Of a stretch of DNA of 64,000 nucleotides, positions 11,107 through 22,345 are shown piece after piece. How positions within the stretch are numbered: the stretch's first letter is position 1; every line of letters starts with the position of its first letter. The stretch lies in NCBI RefSeq assembly GCF_006345805.1, contig NC_043002.1:1860001-1924000 (forward strand). Direction: 5' to 3'. A program made the translations under genes and the position numbers. Source of the DNA: Octopus sinensis. Taxonomy: Eukaryota. Under the pieces are notes generated by a model. The model did not search any database, was not told where the DNA came from, and saw only the letters and a program-made list of their open reading frames with translations.

Positions 11107-13266
11107 TCACGAACATATGTGCAAGACACACCCCATTAAGATCTGCAAACAAATCTAAGTGTCGAATCCCTAGAAATAGAAAATGTCTCATAAGGAAAAT
11201 TAAAAGAATCAACAAAAAGATCAACATGCTGAAATACTGTCAACAGAAACACACCAACCTGACTGCCATCTCGTCGCTAGAGATTAAAAAACATAAACTC
11301 CAAAACAACATGATGTCTATCATCAATAGTCAGCGAAGAGCTGAAGAGGCCTGGGCCATTGAGAAGATCAAACTCAATCCCAAAGTGTTCTTTTCATTTG
11401 CAAAAAAACACAGAGCCACTGGTTCTACTGTTGGCCCTCTGATTGATGAAAATGGTACTCTTCAAGACAATGCCAAAACCATGGGAGAGATATTGCAGAA
11501 ACAATATTGCTCTGTTTTCAGCAATCCTGATATGACTGATCTGGGCTGTATCAGTGATGTTACTCCCCAATACACTTTATCGGACATAAAATTTGGCGCT
11601 CCTGATGTCTTAGCAGCAATAAAGGAAATGAAGCGTAATTCAGCAGTAGGTCCTGATAGGTTCCCTGCTTGTGTCTTGAAGATGTGTCAAAACCAACTTG
11701 CACCTCCTCTAGCCAATCTGTGGCGGAACTCACTGGATGCTGGATATATACCAGAAGACCTTCTATTCCAGTCTGTTGTCCCAGTTTTCAAAAAAGGAAA
11801 CAAATCGCTTGCTGTGAATTACCGTCCAATCTCACTCACCTCTCATAACATCAAGGTATTTGAGAGGGTGCTGCGATCGCGTATGACTCACTTCCTTGAG
11901 AGTCATAATATGCTGAACCCCAACCAGCATGGATTCCGTAATGGGAGAGATTGCCTGACGCAGCTACTGCATCATTTTGATGACATTTTGAGAGCCTTGG
12001 GAGAGGGTTCCAACACTGATGTCATCTACCTTGATTTCAGCAAGGCCTTTGACAGGGTTGATCATAAGATCCTTCTGAGAAAGCTGTCCAATATTGGTGT
12101 CACTGGAAAGCTGCTGCAGTGGATCAAGTGCTTTCTGTCTAACAGAACCCAACATGTTGTAGTCGAAGGAGTCAAATCCAGCCCAGCCAAAGTCAGCAGT
12201 TGTGTCCCACAAGGCACTGTGTTGGGCCCACTTCTCTTCATCATCTACATAAATGATATTACTGACACCATCAAACACAGTAACATCAGAACCTTCGCTG
12301 ATGATTCCAAGCTCCAGAAGGTCATCAATGGCGTGGATGACCGAATAAACCTTCAGTCAGACCTACTGGCTGTTGTCCAATGGGCGGAAAAGAATAACAT
12401 GTTGTTAAATGAAGACAAATTTGAACTGATCCACTTTGGAAGAGAGGACACTCTGAAACTCCCATACTCTCTTCCTTCTGGAGAAATTCTCATGGCATCC
12501 AACAACATCAGAGACCTGGGAGTAACAGTGGACAACAACATAAGCTGGGCTACACATACAAGCAGCAAACTTGACATGGCTCGCAGAATGTGTTCCTGGA
12601 TTCTCAGAACCTTCCAGTCGAGAGATTCCCACGCTATTATCCTTCTCTTCTCCACTTTTGCCCGACCCCACCTTGAATACTGCTGTCCACTGTGGTCTCC
12701 CTACACAAAACAAAATATTATGAGAATTGAAGCTCCCCAAAGGTCAATCACAAAAAAGATAGATGGCATGTCAGACCTTGACTACTGGGGTAGACTAGAG
12801 AAGCTGAAATTGTATTCACTCCAACGACGCCGTCAACGCTACATTATCTGTATGATGTGGAAAATATTCCACCAGCACTGTCCGAATGATGTTGGCATCA
12901 CCTTCAAAATGCATCCAAGGCTAGGACCACGTGCCATCCGTCCACAACAAAAATCTAAATCGCATCACATAACGACAATACGGCACAACTATTTCACCTC
13001 AATTGGACCTGCTCTCTTCAACATTACACCAGGGCACGTCAAAAAAGAAACTGACCACACAAAATTCAAGAAGTCTTTGGACAAATTCCTTCAAACAGTA
13101 CCGGACAAACCACCCACACCCGGATATGTCTCCGCAAACAATAACTCTCTGCTCGAATGGGCTTGGTGCCCAAATCCTGAACTGAAAGACTTCGCCAGGA
13201 GGTGCTATTAAGTTAGACATGGCCTGGGCCAATACTGGCCAAAACCTTTCTAAGTTATTCTAAGTT
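11107..13266 (+). mobile_element. CR1-type LINE, 5'-truncated, lying in a (TA)n tract
   Basis: Open frame from about 11106 to 13211; 3' UTR with CATGGCC plus stem-loop and (TTCTAAG)x2 tail; TA-rich tracts at 10718-11106 and 13267-13550. Confidence 0.93.
11226..13211 (+). CDS. LINE ORF2 reverse transcriptase (endonuclease part lost by truncation), 661 aa, uninterrupted
   Basis: NYRPISLTS, YLDFSKAFDRVDH, VPQGTVLGPLLF, FADDSKL, RPHLEYCCPLWSP, LYSLQRRR. Confidence 0.9.
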   Translation: MLKYCQQKHTNLTAISSLEIKKHKLQNNMMSIINSQRRAEEAWAIEKIKLNPKVFFSFAKKHRATGSTVGPLIDENGTLQDNAKTMGEILQKQYCSVFSNPDMTDLGCISDVTPQYTLSDIKFGAPDVLAAIKEMKRNSAVGPDRFPACVLKMCQNQLAPPLANLWRNSLDAGYIPEDLLFQSVVPVFKKGNKSLAVNYRPISLTSHNIKVFERVLRSRMTHFLESHNMLNPNQHGFRNGRDCLTQLLHHFDDILRALGEGSNTDVIYLDFSKAFDRVDHKILLRKLSNIGVTGKLLQWIKCFLSNRTQHVVVEGVKSSPAKVSSCVPQGTVLGPLLFIIYINDITDTIKHSNIRTFADDSKLQKVINGVDDRINLQSDLLAVVQWAEKNNMLLNEDKFELIHFGREDTLKLPYSLPSGEILMASNNIRDLGVTVDNNISWATHTSSKLDMARRMCSWILRTFQSRDSHAIILLFSTFARPHLEYCCPLWSPYTKQNIMRIEAPQRSITKKIDGMSDLDYWGRLEKLKLYSLQRRRQRYIICMMWKIFHQHCPNDVGITFKMHPRLGPRAIRPQQKSKSHHITTIRHNYFTSIGPALFNITPGHVKKETDHTKFKKSLDKFLQTVPDKPPTPGYVSANNNSLLEWAWCPNPELKDFARRCY

Positions 13267-13283
13267 ATAAATATATATATATA

Positions 13284-13331
<48 letters not shown>

Positions 13332-13405
13332 ATATATATATATAATATATATATATTATATATATATATATTAATATATATATATTATATATATATATAT
13401 ATATA

Positions 13406-13444
<39 letters not shown>

Positions 13445-13551
13445 TTATAATATATATATATTATATATATATATATATTATATATATATATTAATATATA
13501 TATATATATTATATATATATATATATATTATATATATATATATATATATGT

Positions 13552-13749
13552 AAACAATTGCAGCGTGGAAGGTGTTTGTAAGCCATTTAAGAAACACACA
13601 AAAGCCGTTAGATTCACTTCAACATTTAAGTTTAATTTGTCAAAATATTTTCGTCGCTAAAATCCGCGACCTTAAATGTTGAAGTGAATCGAAAGGCTTT
13701 TGTGTGTTTCTTAAATGGCTTACAAACACCTTCCACGCTGCAATTGTTT
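13552..13749. repeat. Inverted repeat: 79-bp arms, 40-bp loop
   Basis: 13552-13630 vs 13671-13749, 2 mismatches; loop carries a partial hammerhead motif on the minus strand. Confidence 0.95.
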
Positions 13750-13798
13750 TCGTTTCAGCACACTATCTCAGATCAAATCACTTGCTAGTACATCTCCG

Positions 13799-13890
<92 letters not shown>

Positions 13891-13970
13891 CATATGTATA
13901 TATATGAATATTTATATACGCACATATGTATATATATATGAATATATATATACATAATGTAAATGTATAA

Positions 13971-14015
<45 letters not shown>

Positions 14016-14130
14016 CATATTCTGATGTATATGTATAGCTGCATATGTATAAATGTATTTCTATAGATGTACATGTATATGTAAACATGTATGTCTAGAT
14101 ATATATATAGATGTACATGTATTATGTACA

Positions 14131-14219
<89 letters not shown>

Positions 14220-14519
14220 TACATGCATACATATATACACCCATACACACATGCCGAAACACCCAACAACCCACACACACAAACATACACACACTGGTGC
14301 AGGTGTGGCTGTGTGGTAACAAACTTGGTTCCAGAACACTTGGTCCTCATTTCAGTCCCACATGGCATGTGTCTTCTGCTATAGCATCATACCAGCCAGA
14401 GCTCGCTCTGGGCGACGTTGGGGCGACTGTACACAGCTACCAGCCCACAGTCGACGCTATGGCATTGGTATCACTGGTTGGGTTGGGTTGGGTGGAAAGA
14501 ATTTCCATTATATATTGAG

Positions 14520-14830
14520 AACTATAGCGCGAAGGCAGCTTAAAAAAACAACCCTTCCTTAATTGTTGGCAGATTTACCTACTCCGCATTGCGAGCAGTG
14601 GAACAAGATGCGTCTAGTCAAAGCAATTGCTTCTCCAAAGCAAATTAAATAAAATTTGAGATACGTGGAAACTCAAAGCTGCTAACAAAAACAGGACAGT
14701 GAAAACATTCGGTAAGGGCTGTTTAACCCTAACGAGGTGAAATGGTGAACGCTGGAGAAAAAATGGTTTGTCAAGAGACAGACAAGAATGCGTGTTATAG
14801 TTATAAACTGAACGAGAAGAAAAAGAATTA
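14520..14830 (+). repeat. Dispersed repeat, homologous to 29260-29640
   Basis: Shared AAACAGGACAGTGAAAACA...GGTG.CGAACGCTGGAG...GAGACAGACAAGAATGCGT; weaker inverted match near 22500-22640. Confidence 0.5.
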
Positions 14831-15225
14831 CATTTAGAAATACAGATCTATAATTATTGAGGACAGAATTTGAGTTAGAAATAAAGAACTATAAATATTG
14901 TATTATGCATAAAGTGGTGGCTTACATTCGGGGCTTCCAATTTCTCTGTAAAATATAAGATAGTCGCAAAATCATCGCACATGTCACCATTGATTACAAA
15001 CACCGGTGGAAGATAAAAGTTCCAGAGGACATTCTTGTTTTTTCGTTTGTACAAGGATCGTATTATGATTCGGCTTAAAATATATTATAGATACAAATAT
15101 AATGTATAGAAATATATAAAAACCAGAATAGAAAATAAACGTCTTAGGCATATAAAATGAGATAACATGAGATATCAAGGTGTTATAAACTTGAAACCTA
15201 CTAGAATATCATAGATTATATATAT

Positions 15226-17805
15226 CAAGTCATCCAATCAGTTCTGTCCAATTTTACCTTTTTTTTCAGATTTGAATGAAATTTAATAGTATTTTCAAAT
15301 GTCTAATTCAATTAAAAATTATTTTTATGCGTTCGTGTACGTTTAAACTAATTCAATATTGTTTTACAAAATAATGGAGGGTGTCCACAAAGTCTGCGTA
15401 CATGGGGATTAACACATACTTTAAAAACAAACCAATTTCATTTAATTATAATGTTAATAAATAATATTTTCAAAGTGATTTCCATCATTTTTCAATGCAT
15501 AACTTGATGCGCCTTGCAAAATTCAGGTGAACTTGATTAAATAGGTCTACATTGCCATCAATTTCAGCACACTGACTGGTAATGTGTTCTCTCGTGTGTT
15601 TTAAATCTGTAATCTTTATTGTAATCTTTCTCTTTCAACATACCCCCAGAAAAAGAAATCAAGGGGAGAAAGGTCTGGTGAACGAGGGGACCTTTCCATA
15701 TGAGCCATTCTTCCAATCCAGTGAGGAAAAGTGTCATTAAGCCAATCTCTAACAGTTGTGGCAAAATGGGTAGGGGCCCCATCCTGCTGAAACCAATTCG
15801 GAAGGCCCTCGCCTAGGCGCTCAATTTGAGATATTAATTTGTCTCTCAATATGTTTACATAAGTCTCATCCGTTACATGTTCAATGAAGAAGGGTCCTAG
15901 AACATGAGCTTTCCACAAACCACACCACACCATCACCTTTTTGCTGCCTTGCTGTTTGGATGGATCCATCCAATGTGGATTACCTCGAGACCAGTATAGA
16001 AAATTCTGTCTGTTGACCTCACCATTAACATAAAACGTAGCTTTGTCATTGAACAACAAAGTTTTTCGTAAAATTGATATTTTCATCCAATTTATCTGAA
16101 AACCATTCGCACGTCTACATTCGTCTACCAGGGTCGTCTTCATTTAAGTGATGCAAAATCTGTAGGTTGCATCGATGAAACTTTTCCTCAACCAGCATTT
16201 TGTGGATGGTTGGTTTTGGAACACCTAACACGGTGGATGTCCGACGAAGTGATTTCTTTGGGCTAGCAGAAACTTTAGCCATGGCAGCCTCTTTCGTTCC
16301 ATCTGAAGTCTTTGGTCGCCCGGAACGGGGTTTATCCAAAACACTGCCTGTTTCTTTAAATTTCTTGATCAATTTCCCGACGGCAGTAAAAAAAAAGGTT
16401 ACCTATAAGGGTGTCGAAGATTAAATTCTTCCGCAATTTTGCGATAAGACCATCCCTCTCATTCACTTAATAATACTAATTCGATTCTTTCTTCTATAGG
16501 CAGATCCAACATTCGATCTGGGATTCTTCTTCTTTAGACAAAGCCATCATTCGATCATCTGTAGAAAAAATAACAAATAAATTTAGAAAAGTAAAGTATT
16601 TTTTAAATTTAATTTAAACAAAAGTAAAAAAGGAAAATTATTATTTCTTATATTTGTTTATGTTATGATTTTATTCCATGTACCCAGACTTCGTGGACAC
16701 CCTAAAATTGCTTTGGTTAAAACCCTTTCAACATGGAAGTATCCAAGGAGCATTTAAGGCACATATAATTCTTTATGAGTACAATAAAGGTAACTCTGCA
16801 GCCGAAGTGACTCGAAACATATACTCAGTTTATGGGAAAGTGCTTGAATGAAAGAACTTGCAGGAGATCGTTTGCAAAACTGAAGTTGAAGATCGAATAT
16901 GATGTCCAGTTGAGTTTGATGATAAGTTCCTTGAGGCATTACTTGAAGAAAATCCGTCATTATCAGTTGAAGAATTGGCAATAAAGCTTACTTCAAACCA
17001 TACAACAGTTCATCGTCATCTTCAACAACTTGGAAAGTTTCCTAAACTTGGAAAATGGGTGCCTCATGTATTGTGCGAAAGCAACCGCAAATCCCGAGTT
17101 GACATCTACTCTTCTCTCCATTCTCGCAAACTCATTTCACCCTTTTTCGATAGACTTGTGACGAAAAATGGATTTTCTATCGAAATGTTAAACGTCGTAA
17201 ACAGTGGCTTGGTAAAAGGGAAAATGCTCAACCACAACCGAGAAGGGAATTTCATGGGAAAAAGATTCTACTCTATTTGGTGCGATTGCAAAGGCGTAAT
17301 TCACTTTATATTGTTACCACCTAATGCAACAATCAATGCTCAAGTCTACTGTCAGCAATTAGAGCGTTTGAACCAAGCTTTGAAGGAAAAAAGAGCCGCT
17401 TTAGTGAATCGAAAACGTGTGATGTTTCATCAGGACAATGCGCAACCTCACAATGCAAAGATCACATCACAGAAGATCGAAGAGGTCGGTTTGGAAACAT
17501 TTCTTCATCCAACTAATTCTCCCGACTTTACTCCTTCAGGATGCCATTTGTTTCATAGTTTACAGAATTATTAGGGGGACACAACTTTCGCAAGCCAGGA
17601 GGAGGTCGAACTTGACATTTCAGAGTTCTTCGCTTTGAAACTAAAAGAGTTTTACATTGATGGGATTAAAAAGCTTGTAAATAGATGGAAGTAAGTCATA
17701 GATAATCAGGGAAAGTACATTGATCATTAACTTTCAATTAAATATAACACTTGATCACTTGGATTCTTTATCCACAATTCGGACAGAACTTATGGGATGA
17801 CCTGA
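15226..17805 (+). mobile_element. mariner (DD34D-type) element, decayed, apparently interrupted by a rosa-type element
   Basis: Left TIR CAAGTCATCCAATCAGTTCTGTCC (15226) vs right TIR reverse complement CAGGTCATCCCATAAGTTCTGTCC (ends about 17805); ATG at 16733 (MEVSKEHLRH), GKWVPH, FHQDNAQPH, SPDFTPSG (third D mutated). Confidence 0.75.
15378..16703 (-). mobile_element. Tc1/mariner rosa-type element (DD40D spacing), frameshifted transposase
   Basis: 28-bp TIRs AGGGTGTCCACRAAGTCTGSGTACATGG; KFKETGSVLDKPRSGRP; FQQDGAPTH...WIGR...SPDLSPLDFFFWG with 40 residues between the 2nd and 3rd D. Confidence 0.9.
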
Positions 17806-17999
17806 GATATATACACCGGCGAAAATATATTTAAGACCGACGATAAAAGTTCTATTTCTTACAAAATATTTTGTTACTAACACCATACAAATTATTTATA
17901 TCTTTTACACCTTATGCAAAATTTATTTTCCTTTTGAATGATGCAAACAATTTTTATACAACTTGAAGAATTCTAATGCTAAATTAATATATATTTCTT

Positions 18000-18155
18000 T
18001 ACTGCCCACAAGCGGCTAAACATAGAGGGGACAAACAAGGACAGACAAACGGATTAAGTCGATTACATCGACCCCAGTGCGTAACTGGTGCTTAATTTAT
18101 CGACCCCGAAAGGATGAAAGGCAAAGTCGACCTCGGCGGAATTTGAACTCAGAAG
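18000..18155 (-). mobile_element. SINE family 2 fragment
   Basis: Core GACTTTGCCTTTCATCCTTTCGGGGTCGATAAATTAAG shared with 36850-37072. Confidence 0.75.
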
Positions 18156-18777
18156 GTAATATAAACGTTTCAAATGTACTGGCAAAATTAGTTTAAGACC
18201 ATGTAATATGTATGCAATTTTTTTGGCTAAAGTGGGTGGTCACACAACGAGCCTAAATGCACCATATAAAGTTATAATTTAATGTTATTATACAATTTAT
18301 TAATAATGGGAAAACAACGTAGTCTTAGTCCAGTCACGAGAGCAAAAATCGTATATTACAGCAAAAAGTTTCCTTTAGGAACATCAGCAAGCAACTAAAG
18401 TGCAGTAAACCGGCTTGCGTGCAAGCGTGGAATTTATACTCGGAGACTGGTCAATATAAAGATCGGCAAAGGACTAGTAACAGAATATTTTGTAAGAAAT
18501 AGAACTTTTATCATCGGTCTTAAATTTATTTTCGCCAGTGTGTATATTATATATATATAATGTATATAATATGATAATTTTAATGGAGATAACCTGCAGT
18601 ATATAGTACAACATTTTTGTCTCCGTACAGGAGCTAAGTATTAATAAAATGTGGTATACGATAAAAATTTGTCTTAAAACATTCAGACAAGAAAATTCAG
18701 ATGTAGCACATGATTATTATTCCATACGAATATACACATATTTATGTTAAGAGTTTCATGATAAAAATATAGAAATA

Positions 18778-19342
18778 TTGGGTTGTCCGGAAAGTTCGTG
18801 CCGATTTATAGTAGCTTATCTTTCGACTGAGTTTAGAACATGTTTGAGTCCATAAGATAGGATTTGACTACACCTCCATTTAGAGCACAGTTTAAGCTAT
18901 CTTTTCGTGGAAGAAGGTTTATGTTCCTATAACCTGTGTTAATTCTGTAACCCCTTAAAATAAAAGATAAGAAAGTTCATTTTCGGCACTTGATGCTTTG
19001 GGAACCAGACAAAAATTGCTGCAGCTCGGCTGTGATGTGTTACACCACCCTCCCTATTCCCCAGATATTGCTCCTTCAGATTTGCACTTATACAGGTCTC
19101 TGCAGAAAAGTCTTAATGGTAAAAATTTCAATTCCTTAGATGACGTAAAAAGATACCTTAACGAATTTTTTGCCTTGAAACCACCCCAATTCTGGGAAGA
19201 GGGTATTTTCAAGGTAAATGAAAGATGGAGACGTATTGTGCAACAAAATGGTTCAGATTTGGTTCATTAAAAATGTAATGGCAAGTATTTAGTGACCTTT
19301 ACTTTCCTTTAAAAATCGGAACGAACTTTCCGGACAACCCAA
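18778..19342 (+). mobile_element. Internally deleted mariner (565 bp) with TIRs and TA target duplication
   Basis: TA|TTGGGTTGTCCGGAAAGTTCGT...ACGAACTTTCCGGACAACCCAA|TA; N-terminal KDKKVHFRHLML fused to C-terminal HPPYSPDIAPSDLHLYRSL. Confidence 0.93.
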
Positions 19343-19432
19343 TATAAACAAAACAATGAAATACGAATATAAACATGAAAAATAAGAACCTAAATTGAAA
19401 TAGGCGATTAAATTTTTTTTCCTAACCTGCAG

Positions 19433-19537
19433 CCGTTTCAGAAAAGTGGTTGTACGAAGTATTCGAAATTCAGCCCTCCTTCCTCAGGGTTCCTTTCTCG
19501 AGGTAAAATCCAGCAAAAAGCATTAAGGCACTACATG
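19433..19537 (+). other. Candidate 105-nt internal exon (unverified)
   Basis: Acceptor TTTTTTTTCCTAACCTGCAG, donor ATG|GTGAGT, frame 0 open (PFQKSGCTKYSKFSPPSSGFLSRGKIQQKALRHYM); no homology recognised. Confidence 0.3.
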
Positions 19538-20158
19538 GTGAGTATTCAGTTGGTGAAAGTTCAGTTTTTGAGTATCGATGAATAAGTGACAGATTTTCAA
19601 GAGGATTACAACGTTTAAATAAGATATGAAATTCATTAAAAGGTTAACTTTAGTTAATCATGCAAATAATAGCCAATGGGATTATTCTACTCTACTATAA
19701 AAAAATAATTTAAGATTACAGGTTTGTGCATAAGTGTTCACTGGATCTAATGATCTAATTGGACCGTATTTTCAAAAAGCTTTTATATTCTAAAAAATTA
19801 TATTTTAAAGTTTAAGAAAATTATAAGACGCTAAATATTTATGCTTACAACATGCCAAAATGTCTGTAATTTTTTATATATGGGTGAATAAATGAATTCT
19901 TGTGTCCCCTATATTTAATTTTAAAATTAGTAGTACTTCCTATATAAATTTTCCTAAGTCCGGAGCGTTAAACTAATAAACCTGTTTGCTGTTTACACAC
20001 CCGTCTTCGTCTTTTGTTCGTTTCTTTTGTAAATTCCAAATATATATGTATGCATGTGTGTGTATGCATATATATATATATAATATATATATATATGGAT
20101 TTCGTAGACAGGAACTGAAACAAATCGATCGTATATATATAAGTGTATGTGTTTTGGT

Positions 20159-21990
20159 ATTGGCAACATGAATGACAATGGCTAGAGACTACTTGAATTT
20201 TGCACATACCATAACCTGTGCATCACTAACACATTATTTGCCAACAAGACATCCCACAAGGCATCTTGGAGACATCCAAGATCTCACCACTGGCATCAGC
20301 TGGATCTCATCATTACACGAAGACCCTTTCTGAATTTTGTTCAGTGCTGGGCTCTTAGAGCTAGAAACAGTTATCGAAGCAAAGCGTGCAGCTCTGATGC
20401 AATACAAGAGTGATTCTTCTATAAAGTCACTCGAAGAACTCAGAAAGGCAAGAAATAAAACCCAACTGACTGCCAGACGCTGTGCAAATAGGTATTGGCA
20501 GGAGATCTGTCAGAGTATCAAGTCAGCTACTGACAGTGGCGACACCCGTGGTATGTATGCCGGTTTGAAGAAGGCCCCTGGTCCATCCGCAACCAAGTCA
20601 GCCCCTCTAAAATCAACTACTGAGGATCTCATCAAGTGCCAAAGCAAGCAAATGGATAGATGGGTGGAGCACTACCAGGATCTCTACTCACGAGAGACCA
20701 CGGTAGCTGAGGCTGCAGTCGAGAGTGTCAAGATCTTGCCAGTCATGTGTGTACTTGACGGTCTTCCATCTATAGCAGAGCTCACCAAGGCTATTGACTC
20801 CCTAGCAAGTAACAAGGCTCCGGGAAAAGATGGCATCCCCTTAGAGATAATCAAAACCGGCAAAAACACCATCCTGCTTCGGCAGCTTCATGAGCTTCTG
20901 TGTCTGTGCTGGGAAGAGGGTACAGTCCCTCAGGATATGCGGGATGCTAACATCATTACGCTTTACAAAAACAAAGGTGACCGTGGTGATTGTAACAATC
21001 ACCGTGGTATATCTCTTCTAAGCACTGTTGGATAGACCTTTGCCCGCGTTATCCTGGCCAGGCTGCAACTGCTTGCTTCTCGAATTTATCCAGAATTGCA
21101 GTGTGGCTTTAGAAGAAGCAGATCAACTATTGACATGATATTCTCCATACGACAACATCAGGAGAAGTCCAGAGAGCAGAAAATGCCATTATGTATGGCC
21201 TTCATTGATCTGACAAAGGCCTTTGACTTGGTAAGTAGAAAAGTCCTCTTCATCCTGCTCCAAAAAATTGGATGTCCACCTAAGCTGCTGAGGATCATCA
21301 CATCTTTCCATGATGATATGCAAGGCACCATACAGCACAACGGTTCAACATCAGCCGCCTTCCAAATATAAAATGGGGTAAAGCAAGGTTGTGTCCTTGC
21401 TCCTACATTATTTGGCATCTTCTTCTCACTGCTGCTGTCACATGCCTTTGTGACATCAGATGATGGAGTGTTTCTGCAAAGTAGAAGTGATGGGAAACTG
21501 TTCAATCTCTCGCGTCTGCGTGCCAAGACCAAAATCAGAAGCGTCCTGATCAAGGAGATGCTATTTGCTGATGATGCCGCTCTGGTATCACACACAGAGG
21601 AAGCCCTACAAAGGCTCATCAACTGTTTTGAGCAAGCATGTTGCAACTTTGGCTTATTTATCAGCCTCAAGAAGACCAAAATCATTGGTCAGGCTACATC
21701 GACCATCCCAAACATACATATTGGAGACCACAGATGAGGTGGAGAAGTTTACCTATCTTGGCTCTACCGTCACCTACAACCTATCCCTTGATACTGAGCT
21801 CAATATACGCATTGGCAAGGCAGCTGCTGTGAGGGCCCAACTCTCCAAACGGGCATAGGACAACAATAAGCTGACCAAGACCACAAAAATGAAGATTTAC
21901 CAGGCATGTGTACTTAGCACTCTACTGAATGGAAGTGAGACTTGGACGCCATACACAGGCCATACGACGCCTAAATATCTTTCACCTTAA
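20159..21990 (+). mobile_element. RTE-clade LINE fragment (APE C-terminus plus RT), decayed
   Basis: LLEFCTYHNLCITNT, SWRHPRSHHWHQLDLII, KAPGKDGIP, QCGFRRSRSTIDMIF, FIDLTKAFD, KQGCVLAP, LFADDAAL; stops, frameshift, internal deletion near 20335. Confidence 0.92.
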
Positions 21991-21999
21991 AAACATGTT

Positions 22000-22345
22000 C
22001 AGATAAATCATTTGTCGAACGATCTACACAAATATCATTAAAATCGATAAACCATTCTTTAATAACACAATCTTTTGTAACAACGCAAAACAGTTGACAG
22101 TTGGGAAGAGTTTGATACATTGAATGCTTCATCTACAAGAATAGCGACAAATTTAGCCTGCATCAGTTCATTTCCTGTTTCAATGAAGATAACTGTTTGA
22201 ACAGCAACGATCATTTTCTTTTGAATTCTGTTGGAGAGACTTGAGAAAGCAGAAGCTCTGTCTAGATGGCTTGCCAAATTTTCGTCATATTTACTAATTA
22301 AATATAAGATTTTTTAAAATAATTTCCGCGATTATTGTATTCCTT
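22000..22345 (-). mobile_element. hAT/ZMYM1-like (DUF4371-type) transposase remnant
   Basis: NRGNY..LISKYDENLASHL..FSSLSNRIQ..AKFVAILVDEAFNVSNSSQLSTVLR. Confidence 0.7.

Noticed and set aside
11226-13211. Domesticated RT host gene
   Set aside because: The frame extends upstream to a truncation point in (TA)n and ends in a LINE 3' UTR and tail; an ordinary young insertion explains it.
14478-14503. GGTTGGGTTGGGTTGGGTGG as G-quadruplex or telomeric seed
   Set aside because: Only three G3 tracts and three TTGGG units; expected by chance at this scale.
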